From assembly GCA_965199855.1 (NCBI GenBank), contig OZ241326.1:192001-256000 (forward strand): a DNA stretch of 64,000 nucleotides. The letters run 5' to 3'. The DNA comes from a bacterium (GTDB lineage: Bacteria; UBA8248). The position numbers and the translations under genes were made by a program. This document shows positions 61,951 through 64,000 of this stretch, in pieces. Each line of letters begins with the position of its first letter. The stretch's first letter is position 1. The notes beneath the pieces were generated by a model that was not told where the DNA came from, did no database searches, and worked only from the letters and a program-made list of their open reading frames with translations.

Positions 61951-63399
61951 ATGGCGTATGAGACGGTGATCGGCCTCGAGGTCCACGCGCAGCTCGCCAC
62001 CCGGAGCAAGATTTTTTGCGGGTCGAGCGCGGCGTTCGGGGGCGGCCCGAACGAGCATACCTGCGCGGTGGATCTCGGGCTGCCCGGCGTCCTGCCCGTC
62101 CTCAACAAAGAGGCCGTGGAATACGCGCTCCGGCTCGGGCTGGCCGTCGGCGCGGAGGTCGCCCCGGTCTGCCGCTTCGCCCGAAAGCACTACTTCTATC
62201 CCGACCTCCCCAAGGGCTACCAGATCAGCCAATACGAGGAGCCCATCTGCGCGGGGGGCCGCGTCCGCTTCGCCGCGCGGGACGGGCGGGAGATGACGGT
62301 CGGCCTCACCAGAATCCACATGGAGGAAGACGCCGGCAAGCTCATTCACGGCGAGGAGCTGGGAGACCCGGAGCATTCCTACTCGGATTTGAACCGCGCG
62401 GGCGTCCCCCTGCTCGAAATCGTATCGGAGCCCGAACTGCGAAGCCCCGAGGAGGCGGAAGCCTACATGCGGAAGCTCAGAACCCTGGTGCGCTATCTCG
62501 GAATCTCGGACGGCAACATGCAGGAGGGGAGCCTGCGCTGCGACGCCAACGTCTCGCTCAGGGCGCGGGGCGCGGAGGCGCTCGGCGCGAAGGTGGAAAT
62601 CAAGAACATGAACTCCTTCCGGAACCTGCGGCGCGCGCTCGAACACGAGGAGGAGCGCCAGCGGGAAATCCTCGACTCCGGCGGCGTCATCCGCCAGGAG
62701 ACGAGGCTCTGGGACGAGTCGGCGGGCGAGACGCGGGGGATGCGCTCGAAGGAATACGCGCACGACTACCGCTATTTTCCCGACCCCGACCTGGCGCCCC
62801 TCGAGGTGAGCGAAAAATGGCTCGCCGACGTCCGCGCGCGGATGCCGGAGCTGCCCGATGAGAAAAGCAGGCGCTTTCAGGAGGCGTTCGGCCTCCCCCG
62901 ATACGACGCGGAAGTCCTCACCGCCGAGAAGGAGGTGGCCGACTATTTCGACGAGGCGGTGAAGGCCGCCGGAAAGGAGCGGGCCAAGGCGGCGAGCAAC
63001 TGGGTGATGGGCGACGTCCTGCGCCTGCTGAACGAGCGAAAAATCCCCATCGGCGAATGCCCCGTGCCGCCCGGGCGGCTGGCGAAAATGCTGGCGCTCA
63101 TCGACGAGGGCGTCATCAGCGGAAAAATCGCCAAAACGGTGTTCGACGCCATGGCGGAGAGCGGGGAGGAGCCCGAGGCCATCGTCGAGAAAAAGGGCCT
63201 GCGGCAGATTACGGACGCGGACGCGATCTGCCGCGTCGCCGAGGAGGTGATCGCCTCGAACCCGAAGGAGGCCGAAGCCTACCGGGGCGGCAGGAAGAAG
63301 CTGATGGGCTTTTTCGTCGGCCAGGCGATGAAGGCCACGGGGGGCAAGGCGAACCCGAAGGCGCTCCAGGAGATTCTCGGGGAAAAGCTGGAGGGCTAA
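61951..63399 (+). CDS. gatB: Asp/Glu-tRNA amidotransferase subunit B
   Basis: IGLEVHAQL, YFYPDLPKGYQISQ, RCDANVS, DYRYFPDPDL. Confidence 0.97.
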   Translation: MAYETVIGLEVHAQLATRSKIFCGSSAAFGGGPNEHTCAVDLGLPGVLPVLNKEAVEYALRLGLAVGAEVAPVCRFARKHYFYPDLPKGYQISQYEEPICAGGRVRFAARDGREMTVGLTRIHMEEDAGKLIHGEELGDPEHSYSDLNRAGVPLLEIVSEPELRSPEEAEAYMRKLRTLVRYLGISDGNMQEGSLRCDANVSLRARGAEALGAKVEIKNMNSFRNLRRALEHEEERQREILDSGGVIRQETRLWDESAGETRGMRSKEYAHDYRYFPDPDLAPLEVSEKWLADVRARMPELPDEKSRRFQEAFGLPRYDAEVLTAEKEVADYFDEAVKAAGKERAKAASNWVMGDVLRLLNERKIPIGECPVPPGRLAKMLALIDEGVISGKIAKTVFDAMAESGEEPEAIVEKKGLRQITDADAICRVAEEVIASNPKEAEAYRGGRKKLMGFFVGQAMKATGGKANPKALQEILGEKLEG

Positions 63400-63587
63400 T
63401 CCCCGGCCGGCGCCGGCTCCTCCCGGTCGAACCCGCAGAGGGTCGCTCCGCCTGAAGGTGAAACCGGACGCGCCGGCCGAAGTCCTTCACCCTGGCGGCC
63501 CGCTCGCCCGTGCGCCCCGCGCCGATCCCCCGCCAGAAGCCGCGTCAGCGCGCGCTCCCCGGACGCGGGGCTGAAAGGGTCTCGCGC

Positions 63588-63998
63588 CTATCTCTCCTTT
63601 TTCTTGCGGTAGGGCCTGTGGCACGCCCCGCAGGTCTGGCCCAGGGCGGCGAAGGCCTCCATCGCGCCGCTCTTGTCCTTCGCCTTGGCCGCTTTCGCCA
63701 CGTTCTCGGCGGCTATGGATGAGCGCGCGGCGAGATTGCCGTAGTCGTCGAAGCGGTTCCACGCCTCGGCCTTGATGCGCGTCTCGCCGAAGGCGCTCCC
63801 CTTGGGAGTCAAGTACGGAATCGCCGCCGCGAGCAGCGCGATTTCCTCCGCCGCCATGGCCGCGCGCCCGAAGTTTTCCTTGCCGACGTGAACCTTGACG
63901 CGGCGCATCGCGCGGCTGATGCTCTTCATCGTATTCACGCGCGCCCTCTGGACGCCGCGCAGCGTCCGCTCGTCCCCGGCGAAGGAGGGCGAGGAGAA
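63588..63998 (-). CDS. Cytochrome c' (class II c-type cytochrome); 5' end outside the window
   Basis: Helical protein with C-terminal CGACH heme motif followed by YRKK; the frame stays open to the window edge through a signal-peptide end (SSPSFA). Confidence 0.8.
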   Translation of the reverse strand, partial: FSSPSFAGDERTLRGVQRARVNTMKSISRAMRRVKVHVGKENFGRAAMAAEEIALLAAAIPYLTPKGSAFGETRIKAEAWNRFDDYGNLAARSSIAAENVAKAAKAKDKSGAMEAFAALGQTCGACHRPYRKKKER

Positions 63999-64000
63999 AA

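Overview
GC-rich bacterial chromosomal window containing a complete minus-strand rRNA operon (16S, tRNA-Ile, tRNA-Ala, 23S, 5S). It also holds many catabolic and transport genes (liv-type ABC transporter, hydantoinase/oxoprolinase pair, CoA-transferase, aminotransferases, amtB), housekeeping genes (gpmI, rimO, gatA, gatB, ctpA-like and degQ-like proteases) and several lower-GC accessory or defence inserts (Mrr-type nuclease, type IIG-like R-M fusion, XRE-HTH/DUF4258 pair, NYN RNase). The ORF track misses several things. (1) Three genes split at an in-frame TGA look like selenoproteins: AhpD/CMD-like C-N-Y-U, UGSC-type U-G-S-C, and GrdB/PrdB-like U-P-L-C. Each has a hairpin just 3' of the TGA, and two lie in one co-oriented cluster. 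(2) A sigma70 promoter, a ~95-nt highly structured RNA with a U-tract and a NYN-domain RNase form a cassette resembling an RNA-antitoxin (type III TA-like) system. (3) A perfect 6 x 20-bp tandem array lies upstream of an XRE gene, inside an island bounded by identical 32-bp repeats. (4) There is a 35-aa membrane microprotein, decayed nuclease remnants and a partial TonB-dependent receptor. All product calls come from motif recognition by eye; no database searches were run.
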